Origin: Rickettsiales bacterium
GTDB taxonomy: Bacteria; Pseudomonadota; Alphaproteobacteria; Methylaequorales; Methylaequoraceae
DNA: 48,626 nt
Assembly: GCA_028407765.1 (NCBI GenBank)
Contig: JAOOJU010000003.1
Location: forward strand, 1-48,626
Reading direction: 5' to 3'
Position numbers and translations under genes: made by a program. Below the pieces are notes generated by a model that worked only from the letters and a program-made list of their open reading frames with translations, was not told the DNA's origin and ran no database searches. Shown piece by piece: positions 1 through 9,928 of this stretch (the first letter of the stretch is position 1; every line of letters starts with the position of its first letter).

Positions 1-1405
1 AAAGATGAAATCGCAAATAATATTTCTTTGATATTTTTTGATAACCTTTGTTTGATCTAGATAAACAATCTTGACCTCTAATTATTTTTTTCTCTGCATC
101 AATATGTATCTTTCTTGAATGAATAAGCCCAAAAATATCTTTATAACCAGAATGGGCAGCATTAATCCAATGGTAATTTTTTTCTTTTTTTCTCTGTGAC
201 CATACATTTGCTATTCGTGAATTTTTTTGCTTCTTGTTAAAAAAAATATCTGAAGAATTTATATTATCAACTGATAGGGTGCTATGTGCTGCAGTAGATT
301 TCATCGCCTCTGTCCAGGTTTTATTGTTTATATATGGAGAGCCGCAATTTACAATGATTGGATTTTTACCAATTGATAATTCAAATGATAAAGATCCTGC
401 ATATGTATCTTCTTTTACTGGGGGGCCACAATCCATGAAGAAATTAATTTTGTTCTGTGATACTTTCTGAAAACCAGAACAAGATAATGATTCTGGAATT
501 TTAAGCTTAGAGTTAGCTCTTAAAATTATTTGATTTAATAGCTTTTTATCAATGCTTTTCGAGTTATTGAAAGTTGCCAATGTTTCCCCACTAATTTTAT
601 AAAATTTCAAAACTGATGCCATAATTAAAATACATTCGTTTATTTTTTTTGGGGTTTTATATTTCGCTTCTGCTAGATAACTTCTAATATCTATTAAATT
701 TTGTAAGAATTCTGAATGTTTGCTTGGAGACTTTAAGTAATGACTGCCATCATTTAAAACTTGATTGTTTATTTCAGTTAAAAGAAGTTTAATTGCAAAA
801 TCTATATATTCATTAAATTTAGTATATGTAATTGAGACAGCTATTAAGCCTTTAATGGCGAAAATCCTTTCATATCCATGTATGTCCTGTAGTTTATTTT
901 TAATTAGGTGATTTCCTTGTTTAAAAAGACTCTCAAGCACTAGTTTTTGAAAATCATTTTTGGCACTTGAATAAAAAAAACTGAAATTTCCTAACAAAGA
1001 ACATACTCTTTTCCCAATTATATCGCTTCTCCATTCTGTCAAACTCCATTTATTATATTTCAAAACCCAATCATAAGTTGATTTTCTCAAGAAAGATCTT
1101 GCTTTATTCGTTCCAACAGCCCTTAAATCTCTAACCCAACTAAAACTATGAAGTTCTTCTTTCCATAAGTTCGTAGAAATATTTTTTTCCCATATAGAAT
1201 TTTTATAGTTGATTGTTTCTCCAAAAAAAGAAATATATCCTTGTAAAATATCATAACCTATTTGAGAATCTCCTTCCCATGTGTCGTCAAATATATTTGA
1301 TATTTCCGTCGATAAACTATGCTTGAGAATAAAATCATATATTGGGGTTTTATAATACAATAAATGCAATGATTTTTTTAATATTGTGGTATCGATAAGT
1401 TTCAT
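1..1405 (-). CDS. Heparinase II/III family protein, 3' end runs off the window
   Basis: Not in ORF track (no stop in window). ATG at 1405 overlaps the rsmB stop (TAATG). Hand translation begins MKLIDTTILKKSLHLLYYKTPIYDF and includes LHSFSWVRDLRAVG. Position directly downstream of rsmB matches the usual alphaproteobacterial arrangement. Confidence 0.8.
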   Translation of the reverse strand, partial: MKLIDTTILKKSLHLLYYKTPIYDFILKHSLSTEISNIFDDTWEGDSQIGYDILQGYISFFGETINYKNSIWEKNISTNLWKEELHSFSWVRDLRAVGTNKARSFLRKSTYDWVLKYNKWSLTEWRSDIIGKRVCSLLGNFSFFYSSAKNDFQKLVLESLFKQGNHLIKNKLQDIHGYERIFAIKGLIAVSITYTKFNEYIDFAIKLLLTEINNQVLNDGSHYLKSPSKHSEFLQNLIDIRSYLAEAKYKTPKKINECILIMASVLKFYKISGETLATFNNSKSIDKKLLNQIILRANSKLKIPESLSCSGFQKVSQNKINFFMDCGPPVKEDTYAGSLSFELSIGKNPIIVNCGSPYINNKTWTEAMKSTAAHSTLSVDNINSSDIFFNKKQKNSRIANVWSQRKKEKNYHWINAAHSGYKDIFGLIHSRKIHIDAEKKIIRGQDCLSRSNKGYQKISKKYYLRFHL

Positions 1406-2700
1406 TATACTTCAATTTTTTCTATGCACGCAACAAAAAAACCGTCCATTCCACCTTTGTAATCATAGTCATCAGGTTTAATTGTTAACATTCCGTTAGA
1501 AAGTTTGTATTCTAGACCCTCTAAAATTTTTTTTGAGATTTCTTTTATTTTGAAACCCTTATTATTTTTAAGAAAGTTTTTAATTTGATTTTTTCCTTCA
1601 TCGGAAATCAAAGAACAAACGGTATAGACTATTATGCCTTTAACTTTTATGAGACTTGAGCATTTTTCTAAAATCTTCATTTGTTTATTTAATAACTGTT
1701 CTAGCAAATCCTCTTTTTTTCTTATTAGAATATCAGGGTTCTTTGATATAATTCCTGATGCAGAACACGGAGAGTCAATCAAGATGGAATCAAACTTTTG
1801 ATCTGTATTAAAACTTAAGATGTCCAAATTGATTATTTTTGGAGAGAAATTTAATCTTTGAAGGTTTTCTTTCAGTAATTTTATTCGTTTATCCGAGACC
1901 TCAATTGCAGTTACGTTATAATTATAGTCGCATAGTTGGCATGTTTTACCTCCTGGAGCAGCACCAACTTCTAAAACGTGAATTTGTTCTTTTAATTTTT
2001 TCTCAAAAATTTTATTAATCACTTCAACTGGAATAGAAGCTGCAGCACTTTGAACCCACCAAAAACCATCATCAAAGAAAGGAAGATTTTTTATTTCTCC
2101 AAAATTTTTTAATCTTAATATTTTCTTAAAAAATAAATCTCCATTTAAAGCTTTTTCCCAATCTCTATCTTCAAACATTTTTTCTTTAATATTAATATCT
2201 AGCGGTGGTTTTTTTATAAATTGTCTTGCAAATTTTTCAGTTTTTTCTTTACCATAATTTTTAACCCAATTTCCCCTGATCCATTTTGGTAAGTTCATTA
2301 TAGGTTTTATTTCATCATGATGATTTATCTTGTTTTTAGAAATATTTCGTAATACTGCATTAACAAGACCTGATAGTTTCGGAAGAGTTTTTTTAGCGAG
2401 ATTAACAGAAATATTAATTGAAGAATAATCAGGTATATTTAAGAATAAAATTTGAGTTGTTCCGACTCTTAAAATATTCATAATTTTTTTGTCCAGGCTT
2501 TTTTTAAGATATTTCTTAATTATATGATCTATCTCTCCATTTCTTCTGAGAAAAGTTAAAATAATCATTCTAACCAATGATTTGTCTTTATATGAGAGTC
2601 GTCTGTAATCTGGATTATTATTAACAGCATTCTCAAATGATTGATCATTATATATTTTGCTGATGATTTGAACTGCAATCTCTCTAGTATTTTTGTACAA
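1405..2700 (-). CDS. rsmB: 16S rRNA m5C methyltransferase RsmB/Fmu (NusB-like N-terminus plus NOL1/NOP2 domain)
   Basis: Motifs GLVNAVLR, WWVQSAAA, EVGAAPGGKT, DSPCSASG, YTVCSL, MDGFF; TTG start. Confidence 0.92.
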   Translation of the reverse strand: MYKNTREIAVQIISKIYNDQSFENAVNNNPDYRRLSYKDKSLVRMIILTFLRRNGEIDHIIKKYLKKSLDKKIMNILRVGTTQILFLNIPDYSSINISVNLAKKTLPKLSGLVNAVLRNISKNKINHHDEIKPIMNLPKWIRGNWVKNYGKEKTEKFARQFIKKPPLDINIKEKMFEDRDWEKALNGDLFFKKILRLKNFGEIKNLPFFDDGFWWVQSAAASIPVEVINKIFEKKLKEQIHVLEVGAAPGGKTCQLCDYNYNVTAIEVSDKRIKLLKENLQRLNFSPKIINLDILSFNTDQKFDSILIDSPCSASGIISKNPDILIRKKEDLLEQLLNKQMKILEKCSSLIKVKGIIVYTVCSLISDEGKNQIKNFLKNNKGFKIKEISKKILEGLEYKLSNGMLTIKPDDYDYKGGMDGFFVACIEKIEV

Positions 2701-2751
2701 TGATTGACCAAAGGTTGTTGAATTTTAAAAAAAAATCTTTATTTGTAGAGT

Positions 2752-2889
2752 ATGACATTTAAAAACAAAAAAAAAATAATTACAAAAAAAAATAATAAAT
2801 CTAAAAATAAAGAGATTGGAGGTCCTGACGGACCTGAACCAACAAGATATGGTGATTGGGAAAGAAAAGGAATTTGTTATGATTTTTAA
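2752..2889 (+). CDS. DUF1674 protein (SDHAF4/Sdh8 homologue), 45 aa
   Basis: Below ORF-track cutoff. Hand translation [45 protein letters not shown]; the E(I)[16 protein letters not shown]...DF C-terminus is the family signature. Confidence 0.93.
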   Translation: MTFKNKKKIITKKNNKSKNKEIGGPDGPEPTRYGDWERKGICYDF

Positions 2890-2894
2890 CTTTC

Positions 2895-4820
2895 TTAACC
2901 CCTATTCTTAATAAGTTCATCAACAACGGATGGTTCATTTAAAGTTGATGTGTCACCTATAGAGTCTTCTTCATTACATGCAACTTTTCTCAATATTCTT
3001 CTCATTATTTTTCCTGATCTAGTTTTAGGTAGACTAGGGGCCCATTGGATTTTATCGGGTGTTGCAATTGGCCCTATTATCTTTCTGACCCAGCCTAACA
3101 ACTCTTTCTTTAGCTCATGACTATATTTTTCATCTTTCATAAGAGTAACGTAAGCATAGATTCCTTGACCTTTAATAGCGTGAGGAAAACCAACAACTGC
3201 TGCTTCAGAAACTTTATTATGCAGGACTAAAGCACTTTCTACTTCAGCTGTTCCTAACCTGTGACCAGAAACATTTATTACATCGTCAACTCGTCCGGTA
3301 ATCCAATAATAACCATCTTCGTCTCTTTTACATCCATCTCCTGTAAAATATTTTCCATTAAATGTGGAAAAATATGTATTAACAAACCTTTTATGATCTT
3401 TATATAAAGTTCTCATCATACCTGGCCATGCATCAATCATACATAAATTACCTTCACACTTACCTTTCAATTCTTTTCCGTCATTATCAACTATCATTGG
3501 CTGAATACCAAAAAAAGGAAGAGTTGCTGAACCTGGTTTAGTAGGTGTTGCACCAGCAAGTGGACTAATTAATGCAGCTCCAGTCTCAGTCTGCCAATAA
3601 GTATCTACGATTGGGCAGTTTTTTTTTCCAACTACCTCATAATACCATTTCCAGGCTTCTGGATTTATAGGTTCACCAACAGTACCTAAGATTCTTAATG
3701 ATTCCCTACTTGTAGAGTTAACTAAATCATTTCCTAGTCCCATTAGTGCTCTAATTGCTGTTGGAGCAGTATAGAATATAGAAACTTTATGTTTATCAAT
3801 TACTTCCCAGAATCGTGATGCACTAGGATAGGTTGGCACTCCTTCAAACATAAGAGTTGTAGTCCCGTTACATAATGGACCATAAACTATATATGAATGA
3901 CCTGTAACCCAACCAACATCTGCTGAGCACCAGTAAATATCATTATCCTTTATATCAAAAATATATTTATGCGATAAGGATGAGTGTAGAAGATATCCAG
4001 CAGTGGTGTGCAATACACCCTTTGGTGCCCCTGTTGAACCGGACGTATATAGTATAAAAAGAGGATCTTCAGAAGATTGACTTTCAGGTTTACATTCTGT
4101 TGGTTTACCTTCGATAGCCTCATGATACCAAATATCAGTTTTTTCATTAAAATGATTAAGAGATTCTGTTCGTTTTACGACAAGAACATTTTTAATAAAG
4201 CTGAGATTTGAAATACTTTCTTTAACATTTTGTAATAATGGAATTTTTTTGTTTCCCCTTATGCCTTCGTTAGCAGTAATTATTGTTGTTGATTCACAAT
4301 CTTTTATTCTGTTTCTTAGCGATTCGGGAGAAAAACCTCCAAATACGACCGAATGAACGGCCCCAATTCTTGAACATGCTAACATTGAAATTGCAGCCTC
4401 TGGTATCATAGGCAAATAAATGGTGACACGATCTCCTTTTTTAATACCTAAATCTTTCATTGCATTAGCAAGTTTACATACTTCTTCATAAAGTTGTGTA
4501 TATGTATAAACTTTGCTTTTTTCTGGACTATCTCCTTCCCATATAATTGCTGGTTTAGATCCCTTATTTTTTAGGTGTCTATCAAGACAGTTATATGAGA
4601 CATTCAAAACTCCATCACTAAACCATCTAATACTTATTTTTTCAGAAAAACTAGTTTTTTTTACTTCTTTGAATTCTCTAATCCAAGTAAGAGTTTTAGC
4701 TTGTTCTCTCCAAAATTTATCAGGGTCCTCTATAGAGCTTTTGTATAGCCTCTCATATTCTGAAAAAGTTATATTTGCTTTTTCTTTTATTTTATTTGGA
4801 ACCAAATATTTATTTTTCAT
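2895..4820 (-). CDS. acs: Acetyl-CoA synthetase (acetate-CoA ligase)
   Basis: [14 protein letters not shown]-binding loop, [21 protein letters not shown] acetylation-site motif; 641 aa. Confidence 0.98.
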   Translation of the reverse strand: MKNKYLVPNKIKEKANITFSEYERLYKSSIEDPDKFWREQAKTLTWIREFKEVKKTSFSEKISIRWFSDGVLNVSYNCLDRHLKNKGSKPAIIWEGDSPEKSKVYTYTQLYEEVCKLANAMKDLGIKKGDRVTIYLPMIPEAAISMLACSRIGAVHSVVFGGFSPESLRNRIKDCESTTIITANEGIRGNKKIPLLQNVKESISNLSFIKNVLVVKRTESLNHFNEKTDIWYHEAIEGKPTECKPESQSSEDPLFILYTSGSTGAPKGVLHTTAGYLLHSSLSHKYIFDIKDNDIYWCSADVGWVTGHSYIVYGPLCNGTTTLMFEGVPTYPSASRFWEVIDKHKVSIFYTAPTAIRALMGLGNDLVNSTSRESLRILGTVGEPINPEAWKWYYEVVGKKNCPIVDTYWQTETGAALISPLAGATPTKPGSATLPFFGIQPMIVDNDGKELKGKCEGNLCMIDAWPGMMRTLYKDHKRFVNTYFSTFNGKYFTGDGCKRDEDGYYWITGRVDDVINVSGHRLGTAEVESALVLHNKVSEAAVVGFPHAIKGQGIYAYVTLMKDEKYSHELKKELLGWVRKIIGPIATPDKIQWAPSLPKTRSGKIMRRILRKVACNEEDSIGDTSTLNEPSVVDELIKNRG

Positions 4821-4885
4821 AGTTTTAGATACATCTCAATAATAATACCAATTGATTCCTTTTTGTTAAGTAAACTTTTTAAAAA

Positions 4886-5158
4886 TTAGAAAACTTTTTT
4901 AAACTTATTTATTAAAACCTTCTCAAAAAGACCTCCTAAAAAATAAGGGTCGTTTTTGGAAAAGTCGTCTACATCCTTCCTATTTGAAAACTTAACTACA
5001 ATCAGGCTTCCTAAAACATCTTCTTTTTCATTCATTATTGGCCCGGCAAATAAAATTAAGTTTTTAAAATTATTCAGATATTTAATGTGACTTTGCCTAA
5101 GATTATTTCTTTTTTTAGATGAATTAGGTATGTCATAACAAATAATAGAGTAGTACAT
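4886..5158 (-). CDS. YciI family protein
   Basis: R..H..YL, AGP, GSL.V, NDPY motifs; 90 aa; conserved position after gpsA. Confidence 0.9.
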   Translation of the reverse strand: MYYSIICYDIPNSSKKRNNLRQSHIKYLNNFKNLILFAGPIMNEKEDVLGSLIVVKFSNRKDVDDFSKNDPYFLGGLFEKVLINKFKKVF

Positions 5159-6138
5159 TACTTTTCAAATTGTAAAGGTCTAGATAATAATTTAGAAATT
5201 ATATTTGAAATTGAATTTCCTTCAAGAACTTCTTTAACAGAGTTACAAATTGGAAGGTTAATTTTATTTAATTTTCCTATTTCACATATTGAAGCGCACG
5301 AATTAATTCCCTCATTAAGAATATTACTTTTAATCAGAGTTTTAATAGATAGTCCTCTGCCAAGTTTATAACCAAGCATCATATTTCTAGATTTTAATGA
5401 ATTACATGATAGATTGAGATCTCCTAAACCAGATAAACCCTTGAAGGTTTCTTCTTTTGCTCCTAGCTTTACTCCAAGAGAGGTAATCTCTCTTAATCCT
5501 CTGGTTAAAATTGAAGCCCTGGCGTTTTCACCCAATTTTTTTCCAAGAACTATTCCACAAGCTATTGCAATAACATTTTTAAAAGAGCCACCGATTTGGG
5601 TTCCAATTACATCATCATTAAAATAAGGTCGAAAATTTTTACTAGAAATTGAATTCCCCAAAGAGCTTAATTCATTTTTATTTGTCGAGGATAGAACAAA
5701 TGCAGTTGGTAAATTTTTTGCAACTTCACTCGCGAAATTAGGTCCTGAAAGAATTATAACTTTATTTTTCGGAAGAACCTCATTAAAAACTTCAGTCATT
5801 AATTTATTGGTTTTTTTTTCAATGCCTTTTGAACATATTACAAATTTTTTAGAAATAATTTTTTTCCCCCTAATTAATTCTAAATTTTCCCTTAATCTCT
5901 GAGATGGTGTAACTAAAAAGATATAGTCATTTTCAATTATAAAATCCAACTCATCGGTTAATTTTATTTTTCTTGGGATTTTTATTTTAGGTAAATATTT
6001 AGAAACTCTTGTTTTTTTTAGTTCCATGAGTTTTTTGTTTGAATTTATCCAGACAGCAACTTGAGAGTTAGATCTGTTGATAGCAAATGATAGTGCTAAT
6101 CCCCAAGAACCGCTTCCTATTATACCTATCTTACTCAT
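5158..6138 (-). CDS. gpsA: NAD(P)H-dependent glycerol-3-phosphate dehydrogenase
   Basis: GSGSWG, CSKGIE, LSGPNFA.EVA, KNVIAIACG, GLSGLGDL...SRN. Confidence 0.96.
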   Translation of the reverse strand: MSKIGIIGSGSWGLALSFAINRSNSQVAVWINSNKKLMELKKTRVSKYLPKIKIPRKIKLTDELDFIIENDYIFLVTPSQRLRENLELIRGKKIISKKFVICSKGIEKKTNKLMTEVFNEVLPKNKVIILSGPNFASEVAKNLPTAFVLSSTNKNELSSLGNSISSKNFRPYFNDDVIGTQIGGSFKNVIAIACGIVLGKKLGENARASILTRGLREITSLGVKLGAKEETFKGLSGLGDLNLSCNSLKSRNMMLGYKLGRGLSIKTLIKSNILNEGINSCASICEIGKLNKINLPICNSVKEVLEGNSISNIISKLLSRPLQFEK

Positions 6139-7168
6139 TACTTAATTTACTTAATGACCATCTTGGTGATGGTACAATTGCAATGTCATTAGATTTACTA
6201 TTACACAAAAGTTTTTCTATTCCTGCCCATGCTACCATGGTTGCATTATCAACACATAATTCTGGCTTGGGAGAAAAAAATTCCATCCCTTTTTTTTTAC
6301 TCAAAATTCTAAGTCCTTCTCTTAAGAATTGATTTGATGCAACACCACCTGATAAAATGAAATGGCCATTTTTATGGTTTTCTTTAAACAAGTCCATTGC
6401 TTTACCACACCTATCTTTTAAACATTCTAATACTGTATATTGAAAATCATAAGCAAGATTATATTTTTGCTCTTCTGTTATTCCAGATTCAATAATTCTT
6501 CTGATTGCTGTTTTTAAACCTGAAAAAGAGAAATCTAAATTATTTTTTTTAAATAATGGTTTGGGAAGGTTAAAAGTATTTTTCTTATTATGTTTTAGAG
6601 CATATTTTTCAATTTCAGGTCCTCCGGGATATTTTAAGCCAAAAAGCTTCGCAGTTTTGTCAAAACTTTCTCCTAGAGCATCATCAATACTTTCTCCTAA
6701 TAGCTCAAATTCATTAAATTTTTTGGCTATTAGTAGTTGGGTATGTCCTCCGGAAATTAGAAGTACCAAAAAAGGAAAGAAAAGTTCATAGTCCATTCTT
6801 GAAACTAAAATGTGAGCTTGTAGATGATTAATTGCCAGAAAAGGTTTATTATTTGCAATGCTTAAAGCTTTTGCGAAATTTGAACCTATTAATAATCCAC
6901 CAAGTAAACCTGGCCCTAATGTTGCTGCTATTGCATCTAATTCTTGAATTTTAATTCTAGATTGTTTAAGAACTTGTTTAGTTATTTTATCTATGAATCG
7001 TATATGCTCTCTCGATGAAAGTTCAGGAACTACTCCTCCAAAAGGAATATGATTTTCAACTTGTGAATAAATAATTTCTTTTATTATTTTACCTTTACTT
7101 TTTTTTTTCTTCTCAACTATAGCGACAGCCGTTTCGTCACAACTACTTTCGATACCCATTACTAACAT
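6131..7168 (-). CDS. tsaD: tRNA N6-threonylcarbamoyladenosine transferase TsaD
   Basis: GIESSCDET, GGVVPE, HLQAH, ISGGHT, DFSFSGLKTA, CVDNATMVA. Confidence 0.97.
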   Translation of the reverse strand: MLVMGIESSCDETAVAIVEKKKKSKGKIIKEIIYSQVENHIPFGGVVPELSSREHIRFIDKITKQVLKQSRIKIQELDAIAATLGPGLLGGLLIGSNFAKALSIANNKPFLAINHLQAHILVSRMDYELFFPFLVLLISGGHTQLLIAKKFNEFELLGESIDDALGESFDKTAKLFGLKYPGGPEIEKYALKHNKKNTFNLPKPLFKKNNLDFSFSGLKTAIRRIIESGITEEQKYNLAYDFQYTVLECLKDRCGKAMDLFKENHKNGHFILSGGVASNQFLREGLRILSKKKGMEFFSPKPELCVDNATMVAWAGIEKLLCNSKSNDIAIVPSPRWSLSKLSNE

Positions 7169-7244
7169 TTATAAACCTACTAATTTTCTCTACTTTATAA
7201 TTATACATAGCATTTAAAATACTATCGTAATAATATTTTAATAA

Positions 7245-8156
7245 ATGTTTAATACTAGTAAAAAAATTACAATTGGATCTCGAAAAAGTCCCCTTGCAAA
7301 AAAACAGGTAGAAATTTTTAAAGATATTTTCTTCCAAAAGTATAAAAATCAAAAGATAGACTTTTTCAAAGAAATTTATATTACAACCGAGGGAGATCAA
7401 ATTCTTGACAGAAAATTATCAGATGTCGGTAATAAAAGCCTTTTTACTAAAGAAATAGATCAGGCTCAATTAGATCATAAAATTGATATTTCTATACACT
7501 CCTTAAAAGATCTCCCCTATAATCTACCAAAAGGACTTTTTATATGTTCTTATCTTAGGCGAGAAGACTACAGGGACGCAATTGTATCAAGAAGTAATCT
7601 ATGTCTCTCAAAATTAAGTAAGGGTTCCGTGATAGGAACCTCTTCAATTAGAAGGGAAATTCAACTAAAGAATTTAAGACCGGATCTTAAAATTAAACTA
7701 ATAAGAGGAAATGTAGAGACAAGAATTAATAAAGTACTCGAAGGTGAATATGATGCAACTTTATTAGCAATGGCAGGCCTGAATCGTTTAGGGATCAAAA
7801 AACATGTTAAACCATTGAGTACACAAGAGTTTTTGCCAGCGGTTGGTCAAGGAATAATTGCGGTTATTGTTAGAGAAGATGATGAAGACATAATAAAACT
7901 TTTAAATGTAATATCAGACAAGCAAACTAATATTCAAGCAACATGTGAACGTTCTTTTATGAACGGAATTGACGGTTCTTGTCAAATGCCGCTGGGTGCT
8001 TTGGGCATTGTATTGGATAAAAAAGTGAATTTTAGTTATTTTGCGGCAAATAGTGATGGCAGTATCGTGAAAACTGGAAAAAAAATAATGCTTATAGAAG
8101 ATGCTACAAAAGAATGTTTTGAACTTGGGAAAAAAATGAGAGAGATATTATATTAA
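7245..8156 (+). CDS. hemC: Hydroxymethylbilane synthase (porphobilinogen deaminase)
   Basis: GSRKSPLA, HSLKDLP, GTSSIRR, RGNVETR, cofactor-binding Cys in GSCQMP. Confidence 0.97.
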   Translation: MFNTSKKITIGSRKSPLAKKQVEIFKDIFFQKYKNQKIDFFKEIYITTEGDQILDRKLSDVGNKSLFTKEIDQAQLDHKIDISIHSLKDLPYNLPKGLFICSYLRREDYRDAIVSRSNLCLSKLSKGSVIGTSSIRREIQLKNLRPDLKIKLIRGNVETRINKVLEGEYDATLLAMAGLNRLGIKKHVKPLSTQEFLPAVGQGIIAVIVREDDEDIIKLLNVISDKQTNIQATCERSFMNGIDGSCQMPLGALGIVLDKKVNFSYFAANSDGSIVKTGKKIMLIEDATKECFELGKKMREILY

Positions 8157-8172
8157 AGTAGAGGCCTTTTGT

Positions 8173-8877
8173 ATGAAAATTTTATTGACTAGACCGGATA
8201 TTGACTCAAAAAATTTAGCCTTTAAATTAAAAAATTTAAGACATACTGTTGAGATCACTCCATTAATCAGAATAAATAAAGTGAAATCTAATAAAGAGAT
8301 TAATTTTGGCGATTTTGACGTTGTGGTTTTTACGAGTAAAAATGGAATAAAGTATTTAGAAAGCAATTCTCTTAAAAAAAAACTAATATTTACGGTGGGT
8401 GAAGGTACTTATAATGAAGCAAAGAAAAAAGGTTATAGAAACATCAAGAACACAAATGGAGATGCTGTAAATTTGATCAATTGTATTAAGAAAAAATTTT
8501 ATCAAGAAGAAATAAACTTGTTACACGTAACTTCTTTAGAACCAAATAAAAATTTTGTTGGTGGTTTTAGTAATACAAATATCAGTTATGAAACTTTATC
8601 AGTTTATGAAAGTAGAAAAATTGATTTTTTTAAGTTGAAAGTTGAGAAATTTTTAATTCAAAATAATGGAGTTTTAACATTTTTTTCATCAAAAACCGCA
8701 GAATCATTCCTTGATATAGTTACCCAATTGAAATTGCATAAATATTGTACTAGGCAGATTATCATTGTTTTAAGTAATCAAATAATCAATAGATTAAAGA
8801 ATCTGAAATTTAAAAAAGTATACATAGCAGAGAAACCTAATGAAGAAAGTTTACTAGGCATTATTAATAATTTATGA
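8173..8877 (+). CDS. hemD: Uroporphyrinogen-III synthase
   Basis: ILLTRP, FTSKNG, VGEGT, FFSSKTA, P.EE.L; directly after hemC. Confidence 0.9.
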   Translation: MKILLTRPDIDSKNLAFKLKNLRHTVEITPLIRINKVKSNKEINFGDFDVVVFTSKNGIKYLESNSLKKKLIFTVGEGTYNEAKKKGYRNIKNTNGDAVNLINCIKKKFYQEEINLLHVTSLEPNKNFVGGFSNTNISYETLSVYESRKIDFFKLKVEKFLIQNNGVLTFFSSKTAESFLDIVTQLKLHKYCTRQIIIVLSNQIINRLKNLKFKKVYIAEKPNEESLLGIINNL

Positions 8878-8899
8878 TTAAAACTAAGGTTTTTAAATA

Positions 8900-9928
8900 A
8901 TGGAGAAGAATAATAAAGAAACAAAAAAAGCAGATTTTATTGATTTAGACAAAAGCCAATTTAGAAAAAAACCGTCGATTTTCATTTTTTTATTCTTTGG
9001 TTTATTCGTTATTGTCGTCATTTGCTCATATTTTTTAAAAGAGAGGTATCAGAGTTTTACTGAAGAAATTAAAAATTTAAAGATTTCTTTGGAAGAGAGT
9101 CAAAATAATTTAAAGAATTATCAAACATTAAATGTTAAACAGGAAGATGTTAAAAAAAATTCTAAAATAGCAGATGATATTTTCTTAGAATCATCCAAAG
9201 GCTCTAATCGAGACACCCTTGATGAAATTAAACAGGAGTTTTTAAGAATAAAAGATACTATAGAAAATGATTTTTCACTGGAAGAAAGAAATAAATTGAA
9301 AAGTATAATTCAAGATGTAACTGATAAACAAAATAAACTCTATACTTTCATCATTTTCAAAAAAAAAATTATAAATGACGAATCTTTTGAAAGGGAGATT
9401 AATAGTCTAAAAGATTTTTTTTTAAATGATGAAGAAGTATTTAAATTACTTGATTTTTTTTCTAATACGCCAGCTTCAAAAAACTTAGTTACGTTGTATA
9501 AACAATTGGATATGGTTACCAAAGGTAGAGAGGTTCAAATAATTGAACTATCAAGAGATGGAACTAAAAATCAGGAAGAAACGATATCAAAAAGATTATT
9601 TTTTTCCAAAGAATCAATTGAGACTTATTTTAAAGATATTTTGAATTCAAACTTTAGAATAAAGAAAATAAACAAGGAATCAGATTTAAGTGATTACAGT
9701 GACTTGGATAATGACGGAATTTTTGATTTTGAAAATGCTTTAGACAATGCAAAAAAATCTCTAATTCTTAAAGATATAGAAAGTGCAATAATTGAAATTG
9801 AAAGCATTTCTTCTCCTTTAACTTACGGTATCGAAAAATGGATTATAGATGCACAAAAACTCCAAGAACGTAATATTAAATTAGATTTCTTGGAAGAAAA
9901 AATATTAGAACATTTAATAGATAATTAA
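8900..9928 (+). CDS. Mitofilin/Mic60-like (COG4223) membrane-anchored coiled-coil protein, highly diverged
   Basis: One N-terminal TM segment, long coiled coil, C-terminal ALDNAKKSL..KDIESAI.EIE.I.......KWIIDA resembling the mitofilin motif; hemC-hemD-X-hemY synteny. Confidence 0.7.
   Translation: MEKNNKETKKADFIDLDKSQFRKKPSIFIFLFFGLFVIVVICSYFLKERYQSFTEEIKNLKISLEESQNNLKNYQTLNVKQEDVKKNSKIADDIFLESSKGSNRDTLDEIKQEFLRIKDTIENDFSLEERNKLKSIIQDVTDKQNKLYTFIIFKKKIINDESFEREINSLKDFFLNDEEVFKLLDFFSNTPASKNLVTLYKQLDMVTKGREVQIIELSRDGTKNQEETISKRLFFSKESIETYFKDILNSNFRIKKINKESDLSDYSDLDNDGIFDFENALDNAKKSLILKDIESAIIEIESISSPLTYGIEKWIIDAQKLQERNIKLDFLEEKILEHLIDN

Noticed and set aside
234-470. 78-aa plus-strand ORF in the track
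   Set aside because: Antisense shadow of the heparinase II/III-like gene that occupies 1-1405 on the minus strand.
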